A program made the translations under genes and the position numbers. The notes below the pieces were generated by a model, which did no database searches, had not been told where the DNA came from, and saw nothing but the letters and a program-made list of their open reading frames with translations. Shown here in pieces: positions 28,269 to 39,700 of a stretch of 64,000 nt of DNA (position 1 is the stretch's first letter; each line of letters starts with the position of its first letter). Source of the DNA: a virus; the IMG/VR virus record IMGVR_UViG_3300048834_000128, positions 1 to 64,000 of that record; one strand, written 5' to 3'.

Positions 28269-28680
28269 TCTGAGTTCATGCACAAGTCAAAAGGCATGGA
28301 TAAAACGTGGTGAGTCTAAGGGATGGTTACAGACCAAATCCGACACGTTAATCATCAAAGACACGATTCAAGGGTGGAGATATGACACTACGGTTCAATT
28401 CCTTTGGGTTCACGATATAGACACCCTAATAACCTCAAATGGCAAAGATAGTGTAGTTACCATAGTAAAGTGGAAAGAACGCACCATACGCCAAATAAAG
28501 ACCGAAAAAGACACGATAGTAGAGAGTAAGATAATTACCAATGAGATTCCGATATTAAAAATCATCAAACCGAACTTTTGGCAACGTCTATGGTGGCTAT
28601 GGATAATACTTACATTCATACTGACAATTTGGTTAGTGAAGTATTTAAGAGAGGATTACAACGTAAATAAAGAATTATAA
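28216..28680 (+). CDS. Putative unimolecular spanin (OM lipoprotein with C-terminal TM)
   Basis: Lipobox LSS-C, beta-rich DT repeats, C-terminal TM LWWLWIILTFILTIWLV. Confidence 0.6.
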   Translation: MKITINKASLAVLFVIVSLSSCTSQKAWIKRGESKGWLQTKSDTLIIKDTIQGWRYDTTVQFLWVHDIDTLITSNGKDSVVTIVKWKERTIRQIKTEKDTIVESKIITNEIPILKIIKPNFWQRLWWLWIILTFILTIWLVKYLREDYNVNKEL

Positions 28681-28682
28681 TT

Positions 28683-29126
28683 ATGGAATACCACGAAATT
28701 ATCAACGCAAAAGACTTAAGAGTAGGCAATCTTATACTGAATAATATGTTTGTCGATGATTGGGTAACAATAGAAGTAGACCAATTATTTATCTACATAG
28801 CATCGGTAGACAATAATTTATTTAACAGATTCAGTAAAGGGATAGACTTAAGCGAATACATAATGGGGAAACTTGAGCAAGTCAAGAGAAAATCAGATTA
28901 TGTATTTGTATTGTCCGAAAACGACAATTGTTATTTGGAATTAGAAGACCACAATTGGGATGAACCTTGTTTTGATGTATTTATCAATGGGGTATATGTT
29001 ACGTGTGTGTATACCTTACATGGTTTACAGAATCTTTACAAGGCACTCTACAATGAAGAACTCGATGTAGGTAAAATAGACAAGTATAAAAAAGAGAAAA
29101 ATGAAGACAAAACCGAAAAGGCATAA
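28683..29126 (+). CDS. ELxIGN...HxLQNLY family protein (YopX-like)
   Basis: DLRVGNLI...LHGLQNLYKALYNEEL. Confidence 0.65.
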   Translation: MEYHEIINAKDLRVGNLILNNMFVDDWVTIEVDQLFIYIASVDNNLFNRFSKGIDLSEYIMGKLEQVKRKSDYVFVLSENDNCYLELEDHNWDEPCFDVFINGVYVTCVYTLHGLQNLYKALYNEELDVGKIDKYKKEKNEDKTEKA

Positions 29127-29273
29127 CTATTGGGTGCTGCCAAACAATGTTTATAAAATACTATTGAGTACCTATATGAACACATACGAGTATCTGTTAG
29201 ATTTAGTCATTGATAACTATAAATCAACAACACCTAATCGTATCAAATCATTCAGTAAATCAGATGTAAACAC

Positions 29274-29729
29274 ACATTAAAATTAGCAAATAAAATAACT
29301 TATATAAAATGAAATATATGGAAAAACTATTAGAACAATTATCAATTCGTGGAGGTGCTATTGTTTGCACATCTTCACTTGATTCAGAAGAAATAAACCA
29401 AGCGATGGCATCTGATAGGATGTGGGTAGAACCCAATACATCAATAGGCTATGTCTATTTACCTAACTGGGTAGGATTTCCTACAACAGAGGAACAGGTA
29501 GAACAATTTGAAAAAGATTACCCACTTTCAGTTGATATGCCAGAAGGGTTAATGAACCCAGATTTTATATTACTTTCAAATGAGAAAATAGTTGAACATA
29601 CCGTATCGTACATAAAAAATGCGCTTTGTATGATGAGTATTGATGAGATAAGCCACCATGATGTACTGAATTTTCTAAGAAAGAAAAAACATTAAAATTA
29701 GCAAATAAAATAACTTATATAAAATGAAA
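29274..29729 (+). repeat. 41-bp perfect direct repeat (29274-29314, 29689-29729) flanking CDS 29309-29695
   Basis: ACATTAAAATTAGCAAATAAAATAACTTATATAAAATGAAA twice. Confidence 0.92.
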
Positions 29730-32266
29730 GAAATTCTAATAAATCATTTATGCGAAAGATACCCTCAATTCAAAGAATACGAAGGTGAAGGGCATTATTT
29801 CACACACTACATTGAAGATGTAAATGAAGATGCTTTGACGGACGAATGGCTTAATAAAGGGACATCATATATTTACAAGGTGGGGGTGTTCGCAGCGATT
29901 GACAGCAATAAATGCGACTACCTACATATAGTAATTGGAACTCAAAGAGACGATGTTTCTACGCCTGAAATAAAAGGATATTTCTATTTCTCGGAAGGCG
30001 AGAATGATGATGTTGCGAGGGTGATGAGTAGGGCAATGAGATGTTTAGAAAGAATGCATCCAGTTTTTGAACAACGTGAAGAATACTAAAGAATAACCAC
30101 TTAAAAAATAATAATAACATGAGTCAAACAGAAACCCACATAGGGAAATTAAGAAAAATAGAATCAACTGAGTCTATCGAAAAATGGTGCGAAAATACTT
30201 GTATATCATTAGGATATTCAACTAAGGAAAGTTACTACGGTTCATGGAAAGAAAAGTTGCAAGATGAAACCAAATGGCAAAAGTATTTTTTCTACAATGA
30301 TAGTATCTATGAAATGATAGAACATCAGGAAGTCGAGGATGATATTGATTCTATCACCTTGAATAGCGACGGCACGTATTCTTTTATAATGCAATTTTAT
30401 AATGGCGGCACTAATCTAACCGAAATGATTGAGGACGGGATAAAACGTATTCACAAAACCCAATAACCACTAAAAAACCATAACCAATGAAAGTAAAAGA
30501 CCTAATCGAACAATTGAAGAAACAAGACCCTGAAAAGGATGTGATGATACAGCAAGGGGAGGAGTTCGACTATATGTTGGCACATTCCGTAAAGGTTATG
30601 GAGTTGGCAGATGAAGAAGAAGAAGAAAACATTGAGGCGGTTGTAATAAAATATTCATAACACCATGAGCGAAAAGAAACAGACGGCATTACAAATGTTA
30701 ATAGCCGATTTAGAAGAACAAGCAAATACTTGTCCAATGAAGGATAGGAAATTCTACATCTATTGCAAGACCTTAGCGATACAGAAGTTAGAAATGGAAC
30801 GTGAGCAGATAATTGAAAACCACGCATGGCTATTAAGTGGTGTAATGGATGAAGAATCAGCAAGGGAAAATGCAGAAGAATATTTTAAACAAACCTATGG
30901 AGAATAAACCAACTGAAATATGGATAGATACATTAGCGATGTCTCAAGGCAAAATGTGCGATTACATAGGCACAAGTCAGCAAACCATTGACGATGTCAA
31001 ATACGTTTCAGCAGCCCACCATGCTAAAATAGTAAGCGAGTTAGATGATGAGGTGCATGAATTAGCAATGTCAAGATTTGAGTTGAACGTTGAGATTTTA
31101 AAATTAAAAGAGGAAATAGAGAGATTGAAAACGGAACTACTATTACAGAGAAACCTATTTAAAAACGCTAATAGAGAAGATATATGAAAGAGATAGTTAT
31201 TTACGAATTTCAATTAGATAGAATAATAGAAGCATTAAGAATAACCTCTAATATTCATAATTGCAAGACTAAAGAAACGTGTTTTGATAGGCAAGTTTGC
31301 CAAGCGTTGGCTTTTGCGAGAAACGCCAAAGAAGGGAATAAAGATAAACAAGTAAACTACCTATGAACCAACCCACCACAAGCGAATTAGACCTCTACAT
31401 AAATTCAATCGTAGATAGGTTAAGAGATAAGTACGGATATGCAGATAGGAATAGATTGAAGACGTGCGTCAATTTCTTCTACATAGATTTTGACTTACAA
31501 TCTGAGTCTATGCCTCACAAAGTAGATATCCCCTACTCAGAACTCGAAGAAAGCATGAAAGAAAATACATTACCAAAACAGATTGAAGAAATATTATGAG
31601 CAAAAAAAGAAAACAATCGCATACGACGACTAAAAACACAATAAAGAAAGTTCCCGTAACGAGATTATTGGTCATTGGGTTGAAATTGGAAACATGGCAC
31701 AAGGAATTTGTAACTGACTTTCTAATGGAAGATGATTTTCATAGGTTATTCTATAAATGGTATGATGACCCAAAAACAACCGATTGGTCTCCCGAAAGCC
31801 TTATCCTATATATTAAAAATATCCACCCAAACAGAATATGTGTTTTAAAAGAGGATTATGACAACATAACCAAAGGTAAAGTCATTGAAGCAACAAGAGA
31901 AGAATGGCTAAGAGAACAGAATTAACCAAGATAAATTAAAGATATATTATGTTTATAGGCGAATTAAAAAGAATGGAAAAAAGATACGAATATAGAGGTG
32001 TTAATTATACCATATCCGTAGATATGGGCAATATATCTAAAGGCCCAAGTAGTGCTAAAAACCCGCATGACCCACGATGGCGTGAGCATATAATAGTTTA
32101 TGAACGTGTTCCAATATCGAACTTAAGAAAAGTCTTGTATGTGTCTAATGACACAATAAACGGCCTCGAAGAATTAGCACAAACCAAAATAGACGAACTA
32201 CTCGATGGTAGATACCATGAAATAATTAGGACTCTCAGGTATAATGAATTTACAGAAGTAAAATAA
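29309..32266 (+). other. Array of small hypothetical CDS (29309-29695, 29724-30089, 30119-30466, 30487-30660, 30665-30907, 30897-31187, 31184-31366, 31363-31599, 31596-31925, 31949-32266)
   Basis: ORF track plus manual MKVKDLIEQL... at 30487; AT-rich, tightly packed. Confidence 0.7.
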
Positions 32267-32357
32267 AGGAATTATTATAACCTTTGAAAAAATCCCGTAA
32301 CTGCAATATCTGTAAATCAAGAATGGAATACCCAAGACCTGCCTCTTTTTATTAAAT

Positions 32358-32387
32358 AACTACCTATTGTCTAATTTGCTAAATTTG
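32358..32387 (+). promoter_or_regulatory. Late promoter AACTAC-N16-TAAATTTG (tail operon)
   Basis: One mismatch to consensus, identical spacing. Confidence 0.65.
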
Positions 32388-32410
32388 CTGTCAACAAACA
32401 AACAGGCAAA

Positions 32411-34618
32411 ATGGCATTCTCTGACTCAAACCTGCTAATAGGTCTCGGCTTCGACCTGACCAACGCACCAAAGGACTTCAACCTTACCGACAATACCGAC
32501 TACTCCGACCTTACCTATACGGATATATTCGGTGTCCTAAAGGCAGTCGACCCTTCAGGATCTCAATTCTACAACAATACCGACTTCAATGACCCGGATA
32601 TCGACTATAACTCGTCCGATACTTCCGCAGCACTCGGTTCACTACCTTTGGACTCAGACGGACTCGTTAAGACCGGAACATATCAGTTCACCTATTCGGT
32701 AAAGATTGTGGACATGCTGCAGTCTTTGACCATAGTGAGCAATGATTCTGGAGCGAAGACATTCACGGTAAGCGGAAACCAGGTTGCGTTGATTCAGGCT
32801 GCAAGTGCTGCAGATTGGGAGTGCGTGGATGCGGTTACTACTGCATTGACCATCATAAGTGCAACATACAGTTCCTCGACTCAACTTACCACTGTCACCA
32901 TTGATGAAACTCTCGGAGCGTTGACCGCACTCGCTCAGTTCCAATGGACGGTAGACAGGGAGTATTCAAAACTCGTATCTCAGGTCTACTCATACGAAAC
33001 TCCTTCGGTCTGCCTTAATTGGGTAAGCGACGAATGTTGCTCCTCAATGACAATTACCGATGTGACGACCTATTTCTCAGGTGCGACCGTTACAAGACTC
33101 CATACCGTAAGTTACCCGATCGGGATTTCTCCCGCACCTGCCGACCTTACAAGTCCTCTGCAGGAGTTCTCAATTACACCTATATGGACGGGAACTTGGG
33201 TCGATATCTTTACCGCAGACGTTGAAGCGGTCAACGGAATCATAACCATAACCGATTCGGTAAGGGGAGTCAAGGAACACAATGTTTCAAGCGACGAATC
33301 CTTATGTCAGGCATACACTTGTCTGGCAAATATGTCTACAAAATACAACACATTCTTAGTCACCGCACCTCAGAAAGCGATGGAGATGAGTAAGTTCATC
33401 GACCAGGCAAGTATCGCATTCATGGCGTACACGGTAGGCAAGAGATGTGGACAGAGCGACTATGCTTCCCATTTACAGGCGATATTTACGATTGCCGACT
33501 CATGCGGATGTGGTTGTTCAAGTTGCAACGATTGTTCAAGCACTCCTACTCAGGTAGTGGGATGCTGCGAGAATGTAGGCAGTTCCGATTATACGATAGT
33601 GATTCAGTCTACGGGCGGATCGCTGACCGTAACATCAAATACCGTAGGAGACACCACGACCTTTGAACTATCTGTAACGGGGTCTTGGCTCACCACTCAG
33701 ATTAACAATGCGATAGGTGCTGCAAGTATCGGGGATTTGTCAGATGTCGACGTGACGACTGCTACTCCTGCCACAGGTCAGGTTCTCGTATGGAACAACG
33801 GAACGGGTAAATGGGAGAGGGCAACGGCACAGGTATCGCTTCTCGAACTTACCGATGTAGACGATACGGGACTTGCCGACGAAATGATAATGTACTACGA
33901 TGCAGGTACTCAGACATTCAAGTTCAGACTTGAAACCGCACTTGCATTGGAAGACCTTTCAGACGTGACAATCACCGCAATAGCGACCAACGATATCATC
34001 AAATGGAACGGAAGTGCTTGGGTGAACGTCGACAACTTCCTATCATTGCTTACCGATGTAAACACTACGGGCATAGCAGACGGTTCTGCACTTGAATGGG
34101 ATACCGCAACAAGCAAATGGATAGTGTTTACGCCTAAGAAGACATTGGCAAGTCTGGATGATGTAAACTTCTTAGGTCTTGCTGACAACGACAGAATACA
34201 ATATAACACGGGGTCGGATTGGACTAATAAACCACTCCCTGCATTTACATACGGAGCGGCATCTTTTGCATCAGGATATGGTGCTACTCTTGCAGGTTTC
34301 CACGATTTTGGGTATGCTATTGACGTAATAACCAACGAGATAACAATAAGGGGTGCAATATCTAACTCTAACGGTGCTTCGGGTACTGCAATAACTCCCG
34401 TAACACTTCCCGTCGGTTACAGACCTCAGCAGACCATTCCTTTCCATTGTACGGTAGGGGGTGGAGTTGCAAACGCCATAGCAATCGGAGAAATACAGAC
34501 GGACGGAGATATCGTCATATACTCATACTACAATCCTGCAGACGGAGTTCTTACGGACGGAATACCTGCAGGTGCGATTCTTTTATCACCATCGGTTAAA
34601 TTCTATTCAGCAATCTAA
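32411..34618 (+). CDS. Virion structural/fibre protein with Cys-rich hinge and LxDV...W repeats
   Basis: CGCGCSSCNDC...GCC; ~5 repeats of LSDV(x)nGQVLVWNxxTGKW type; C-terminal TLPVGYRP fibre-tip motif. Confidence 0.7.
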   Translation: MAFSDSNLLIGLGFDLTNAPKDFNLTDNTDYSDLTYTDIFGVLKAVDPSGSQFYNNTDFNDPDIDYNSSDTSAALGSLPLDSDGLVKTGTYQFTYSVKIVDMLQSLTIVSNDSGAKTFTVSGNQVALIQAASAADWECVDAVTTALTIISATYSSSTQLTTVTIDETLGALTALAQFQWTVDREYSKLVSQVYSYETPSVCLNWVSDECCSSMTITDVTTYFSGATVTRLHTVSYPIGISPAPADLTSPLQEFSITPIWTGTWVDIFTADVEAVNGIITITDSVRGVKEHNVSSDESLCQAYTCLANMSTKYNTFLVTAPQKAMEMSKFIDQASIAFMAYTVGKRCGQSDYASHLQAIFTIADSCGCGCSSCNDCSSTPTQVVGCCENVGSSDYTIVIQSTGGSLTVTSNTVGDTTTFELSVTGSWLTTQINNAIGAASIGDLSDVDVTTATPATGQVLVWNNGTGKWERATAQVSLLELTDVDDTGLADEMIMYYDAGTQTFKFRLETALALEDLSDVTITAIATNDIIKWNGSAWVNVDNFLSLLTDVNTTGIADGSALEWDTATSKWIVFTPKKTLASLDDVNFLGLADNDRIQYNTGSDWTNKPLPAFTYGAASFASGYGATLAGFHDFGYAIDVITNEITIRGAISNSNGASGTAITPVTLPVGYRPQQTIPFHCTVGGGVANAIAIGEIQTDGDIVIYSYYNPADGVLTDGIPAGAILLSPSVKFYSAI

Positions 34619-35301
34619 TGACAGTAGACGAGATATATCAATGGGTGAACCTTGAACTTAACAAGTCACAGACGGGAGGCACACTGAATCCCGAGGAGTT
34701 CAACCTTGCATTGAAGTGGGCGAATCAGCAGTACTTCAAGACAAAGTACGGACTGCCCGAAACGTATACCCCAGGAACACCATTGCCTCCCCAAGCATGG
34801 AGTATCACTCAGGAGAATATCGACGCATTGAGTCCGTTCCTTAAAGGTAAGGGCGGAAGGGATTACCCTGCATTAAAGGTTGACATCGACGGAAGGGCAA
34901 GTATCCCGCCTGACTATGTACACGTCTCATCGGTAAGATATGGAAATAAGGCGGTAGAGGTATTGTCAAACGACGTATTGGGAGACAGACTTTCAAGTGC
35001 CTTGGTATATCCGAGCGAAAAATATCCGATATGTACCTTTTATGGAGGGTATATTCAGTTCCATCCCGTCAGTTTGGGATTTGTGAACTTTGACTATCTG
35101 CGAATGCCTGAGACTCCCGTTTGGGCATATACGGTGGTGAACGACCAAGCGGTGTACAATAGCAATGCTTCAATTCAGTTGGAATGGAACCCGATATACC
35201 ATATTGATATCGCTAACCTGACCTTACAGTATGCTGCAAATAACCTGCGTGACCAACTGGCGATGCAGATGGCGAATAATGTTAAAATACAAGGACAATA
35301 A
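34618..35301 (+). CDS. Tail ring / head-tail adaptor protein
   Basis: LNKSQTGGTLNPEEFN, YLRMPETPVWAY motifs of crAss-like ring proteins. Confidence 0.75.
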   Translation: MTVDEIYQWVNLELNKSQTGGTLNPEEFNLALKWANQQYFKTKYGLPETYTPGTPLPPQAWSITQENIDALSPFLKGKGGRDYPALKVDIDGRASIPPDYVHVSSVRYGNKAVEVLSNDVLGDRLSSALVYPSEKYPICTFYGGYIQFHPVSLGFVNFDYLRMPETPVWAYTVVNDQAVYNSNASIQLEWNPIYHIDIANLTLQYAANNLRDQLAMQMANNVKIQGQ

Positions 35302-35945
35302 TGAATAAGGCACAGATAACGGAGTTGGTTCGTCGCAGTCTCAGTGGCGGTGACGCCCCCGCAGAACTTCGTGGCAGATACCATGAGAAGGAGATAGAGG
35401 CGTATCTTGACCTTGCATACGAATCCCTATTCAACGCAGACCCTTCCGAAAGGCAGGAGATGAGGGCGGAATTGGGACTTGATGCTTGGAAGTACGACAA
35501 ACTCACCAAATCATACAAACTCGATATTGAATTTGATTCAGATACCGAAAAGTATTATTCGACACTACCTGTCAATGTGACCTCGATAGTGGACAACACG
35601 GGTATCAGAATGGTACACCCTTTAAAGGAGGAAACCTCGGTGTTCTTTCCGAGACATCAGACGGATGCGTTCCTTATGGGAGGACTCGACGTAAATCAGT
35701 TCTCCGATATGGTCTACTACTACCTTGAAGGAAAGACCTTGTGGTACACGGGTTCGATAGACTGCAATTGGAAGCAGGTACGGGCGAAACTATTCATAAA
35801 GTTCAGCGAATTTGACGATACCGACGATATATCTTTGCCCGACGGAAAGGACATGCAACTGATTCAGATAGCGATTCAAATGCTACAGGCTAAGAAACCT
35901 CAAGATATTTTAGACGATAACGCACCAATACAGACAGCACAATAA
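35301..35945 (+). CDS. Tail ring protein
   Basis: Position and size within ring-protein cluster; YYSTLP motif. Confidence 0.65.
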   Translation: MNKAQITELVRRSLSGGDAPAELRGRYHEKEIEAYLDLAYESLFNADPSERQEMRAELGLDAWKYDKLTKSYKLDIEFDSDTEKYYSTLPVNVTSIVDNTGIRMVHPLKEETSVFFPRHQTDAFLMGGLDVNQFSDMVYYYLEGKTLWYTGSIDCNWKQVRAKLFIKFSEFDDTDDISLPDGKDMQLIQIAIQMLQAKKPQDILDDNAPIQTAQ

Positions 35946-36715
35946 TGGCAGAAAAACCCTCATACGCACTAACGATAGCACAGGTTGTCAAATCTTTCCA
36001 AAACGAGCGTGGCGAAAAGACGCTTACCAATTTCGAGAGATACATGCAGATGGCACTCGAAGGATTCAGCGACATGAACGTGTTCGAGATTAACTCGATA
36101 GAGGTCGTGTATCTTACCATCGACCCCGAAACCATGATTGCCGAACTGCCCGCCGACTTCATCACCATGACCAAGATGGGCATTAATATCAACGGAAAGA
36201 TGTGGACCCTTACGGTAAACAACGACATTCTGTTGCCTCCTCCTTCAAGTATATGCGATATCGAACCGGCAGCAGTACCCGGAACTCAGGTCATAACGGA
36301 TCCGATCGGAGGATATTATTTCGCACCTCACTACAACAGGTCGGGCAGATATGTAGACACCTTATACGGAGTAGGTGGAGGATTCAATACCGCTTATTAC
36401 AGGATTGACATGTCGAGAAGGATTATCTACTTCCAAGGCAGGATTCCTAATAATGAGGTGATACTTGAGTATAAATCGTCAGGCATTAAGGGCAGTGGAA
36501 CGATAGTGCCGAGACAGGCGGTTCCTGCATTAAAGGCATACCTTCATTGGAAGTCAACAGAATATGACGGTCGTATATCAATGGGCGAAAAGATGCGTAA
36601 GGAGAACCTTTACGATAAGGAACTTGTCAAACTTACCCAACTCGAAAACTCATTCACGGTCAGCGAATTTTTGGATACAATGTACTCAACTTATAGTCAA
36701 ACTGTTAAGAGATAA
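35945..36715 (+). CDS. Tail tubular/ring protein
   Basis: ELPADFI, IYFQG...VILEYKSSG...ALKAYLHW pattern. Confidence 0.7.
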   Translation: MAEKPSYALTIAQVVKSFQNERGEKTLTNFERYMQMALEGFSDMNVFEINSIEVVYLTIDPETMIAELPADFITMTKMGININGKMWTLTVNNDILLPPPSSICDIEPAAVPGTQVITDPIGGYYFAPHYNRSGRYVDTLYGVGGGFNTAYYRIDMSRRIIYFQGRIPNNEVILEYKSSGIKGSGTIVPRQAVPALKAYLHWKSTEYDGRISMGEKMRKENLYDKELVKLTQLENSFTVSEFLDTMYSTYSQTVKR

Positions 36716-36721
36716 TAATAA

Positions 36722-39700
36722 ATGTCAGACATTAAAGACCAAAGATACTTCTGGGGAGGCATCGACTCGGACAGCGATTTTCGTAACGTCATGCCCGAAG
36801 ATTACATTTCGGCACACAACATCGTTTCGGGTCTTTCTAAGATAGGCGGAGTGACCAACTTCAAAGGCAATACGCTTGTTCCATATTCCCTACCTACGGG
36901 CAACAACACCTGCATAGGAACCCTTAGAAACATCAAGGAGAACTCAATCATCTATTGGGTCTATAATGACCAAGGCAACCATTCAATACTCGAATACTAC
37001 TGCGATACCAATTCCATACTCCCGATACTTGAACCCGATGCCGCATTGGGATTCACTACCGACTTCTTGGGATTCACACTTGACCATAAGATACATTCTG
37101 CGAACATCATAAACGACCTTCTGTTTTGGACAGATAATAATGTATCCCCAAGGCAGATAAACAAGAAGTCCGCAAGGGCGTTTCTCAATCAGACACCTCC
37201 GAGTGCCGACGTGTTCCCTTATGACAATCTGATAGCGACTTCTTTGGTAGAGGCGTACAAGACTCAGTTTCTTGAAACAATCAAGTACAAGCCCGAATCA
37301 CAACCCCTTATAGACCTTCGATACGACCCTACGAGAAAGACCAACTATCTGAGGGAGAAGATGGTGCAGGTAAGATACAGGTATATCTACCTTGACAACG
37401 AGCCTTCGAGGTGGAGTGACGGGTCCTATGTATCATTGCCAACGGGAGTCGAGAATATCAACGGACCCGACTATAACATGATAGCGAACAACTATCTGAG
37501 GGTATTCGTAAACACGGGGCATCCCAACGTAAAGGAGATTGAACTCGCATTCAGGTTCGGGAATACGGAAGCATGGGGTAGACTCGATACCCCGATACGC
37601 AAGTATGACAATGACAATCAGAGACTACTTTCGGATTTCACGGTGGTCACATACGACTTCTACAATGACTCGGTTCTTATCATACAACCCGACGAAATAG
37701 ACAACTATGATGCGGTTCCTTTAAAATCAAAGACTCAGGAAATAGTTGACAACAACATATTGGTATATGCAAATAATGAGGAAGGGTACGAAAATCCCGA
37801 CCTTGATGCAAGTATTACCTATTATAATGAGTTGACGGATATGGGAGAACCCGAACTCGATGACTTCAAATATGTACTCGATACGACAAACTATCTCCTT
37901 ATACCTATGAACAAGGGTGAGTTGACAGTCGGGTGTACACTTACCTTCTTTGCAAACTATTTTGCCCCCGTAAGTGATTTCTATATCAGTTACGCATTTC
38001 AGGAAGACGATTTCATAAATTGGCCGTATAATTTCCAAGAAAGCCTTTATCAGATGATGGTAAACTCGTTGGTTCCACCCGTATCTCCAAGTACCGTAAA
38101 CAAGGTGGCATCATATAATTATTTGGGAACTGATTATGCTGCAATAACCATTGACAATGCTTCTATTGACGATTTAACGGTTCTGACCCCATTTAAGAAA
38201 ATACCTTCATGGAAGAAAGGTGCATGGCACCCGTTCGGAATAGTCTACAAGGATATACAAGGTCGGGATGGCGGAGTTCTTACGGGTCAGTCATTGGCAT
38301 TATACAATCCGTATCTGCCCGAAATATTTCCTCTGACTTCACTTGACAATCAGTTCGCATACAAGTCTCAGGCAAGGATTACCATTAACCACCAACCTCC
38401 GATTTGGGCACACACCTACGAGATAGTATATGCCACCAATGACCTTCTTAAATACACCCAATTCGCAGTCAAGGATAATCCTACTCAGGACGTCAACGGG
38501 AATTACAACATAAAATGCGACTACATTATCGACTATATAAACGATGTAAGGGTTGACGGTTCACTCGACTTTCAGTTTGAAACGGGAGACAAGTTGAGAT
38601 TCATTGCAAACACCGACAACTATTGTTCCATGTATGTGGAAGCGAAGGTATTGGCGTTCGATACATCTACAAACGTATTGACCGTTTCGGCATATTCATC
38701 TTCTCAGATTACCGCAGGGATGGGCACCCCTACTCAGGAAGGCACGCTTGTGGAACTATTTCAGAACAAGACCCTTGCCACTCAGGAAGACAGACCATAT
38801 TTTGCAATCGGAGAAACCTACTCGGTACTCAATGCAGGTACGGCAACCCGTGCCCATCAAGGCAATCTTGTCAATCAGAACACTACCCTCGGGATACCTG
38901 CACAACTTTCATTAAATAGAGGGGACTGCTATATCTACCGAAGGTATTTCGATGACAACACGCTTGAAACAATGGTGGAATCCGAGAATTTCAGCGATGT
39001 GTATGCTTCAAGGAATATCGACATTTCATCATTGTATGTGGTGATTCCGAACAACAGGACTCGTAGATACGAACAAGGATTAAGGCACTCAGGAAGGTAT
39101 TTTCCGAACACCAATGTAAACAATATATGCAGGTTCGGAGGTAGCGATACAGACACCCTTAATACAATGTACGGACCTATCAACAGGATAATGGCGATAG
39201 GATACACCTTGAAATGCCTTCAGACCAAGAAGAACACCTCGATATACATTGACCGAAACATGATATTCAATGCCGACGGAACATATCAGTTGGCGACAAC
39301 GGACAAGGTATTCGGCAATAAGAACCCGAGCGAACTCGACTACGGATGTATGCACCCCGAAAGCGTTGTGGCGGACGACAGACAGATGTACTTCTTCGAC
39401 GTAAACACGGGGTCATTCATTCAGGATTCGGCAAATGGAATGATACCTATTAGTGATTACAAGGCAAGGACATTCTTCCGTGACATATCAAATCTGATAA
39501 AGAACAATCCCGATATCTATGTGTACTCGGGAGTTGACAATGCGAACGACTACATAAACGTCACCTTCATCGACACGGGACTGGTTCCTGCGATTGAGGA
39601 TACCACGATAGTCTATCAACCTTCTTCTAACAGATGGAAGACATTCACCGACTACCTGCCCGAATACTACGGGTCAAACGCACTCGTGATAGCGATGTTC

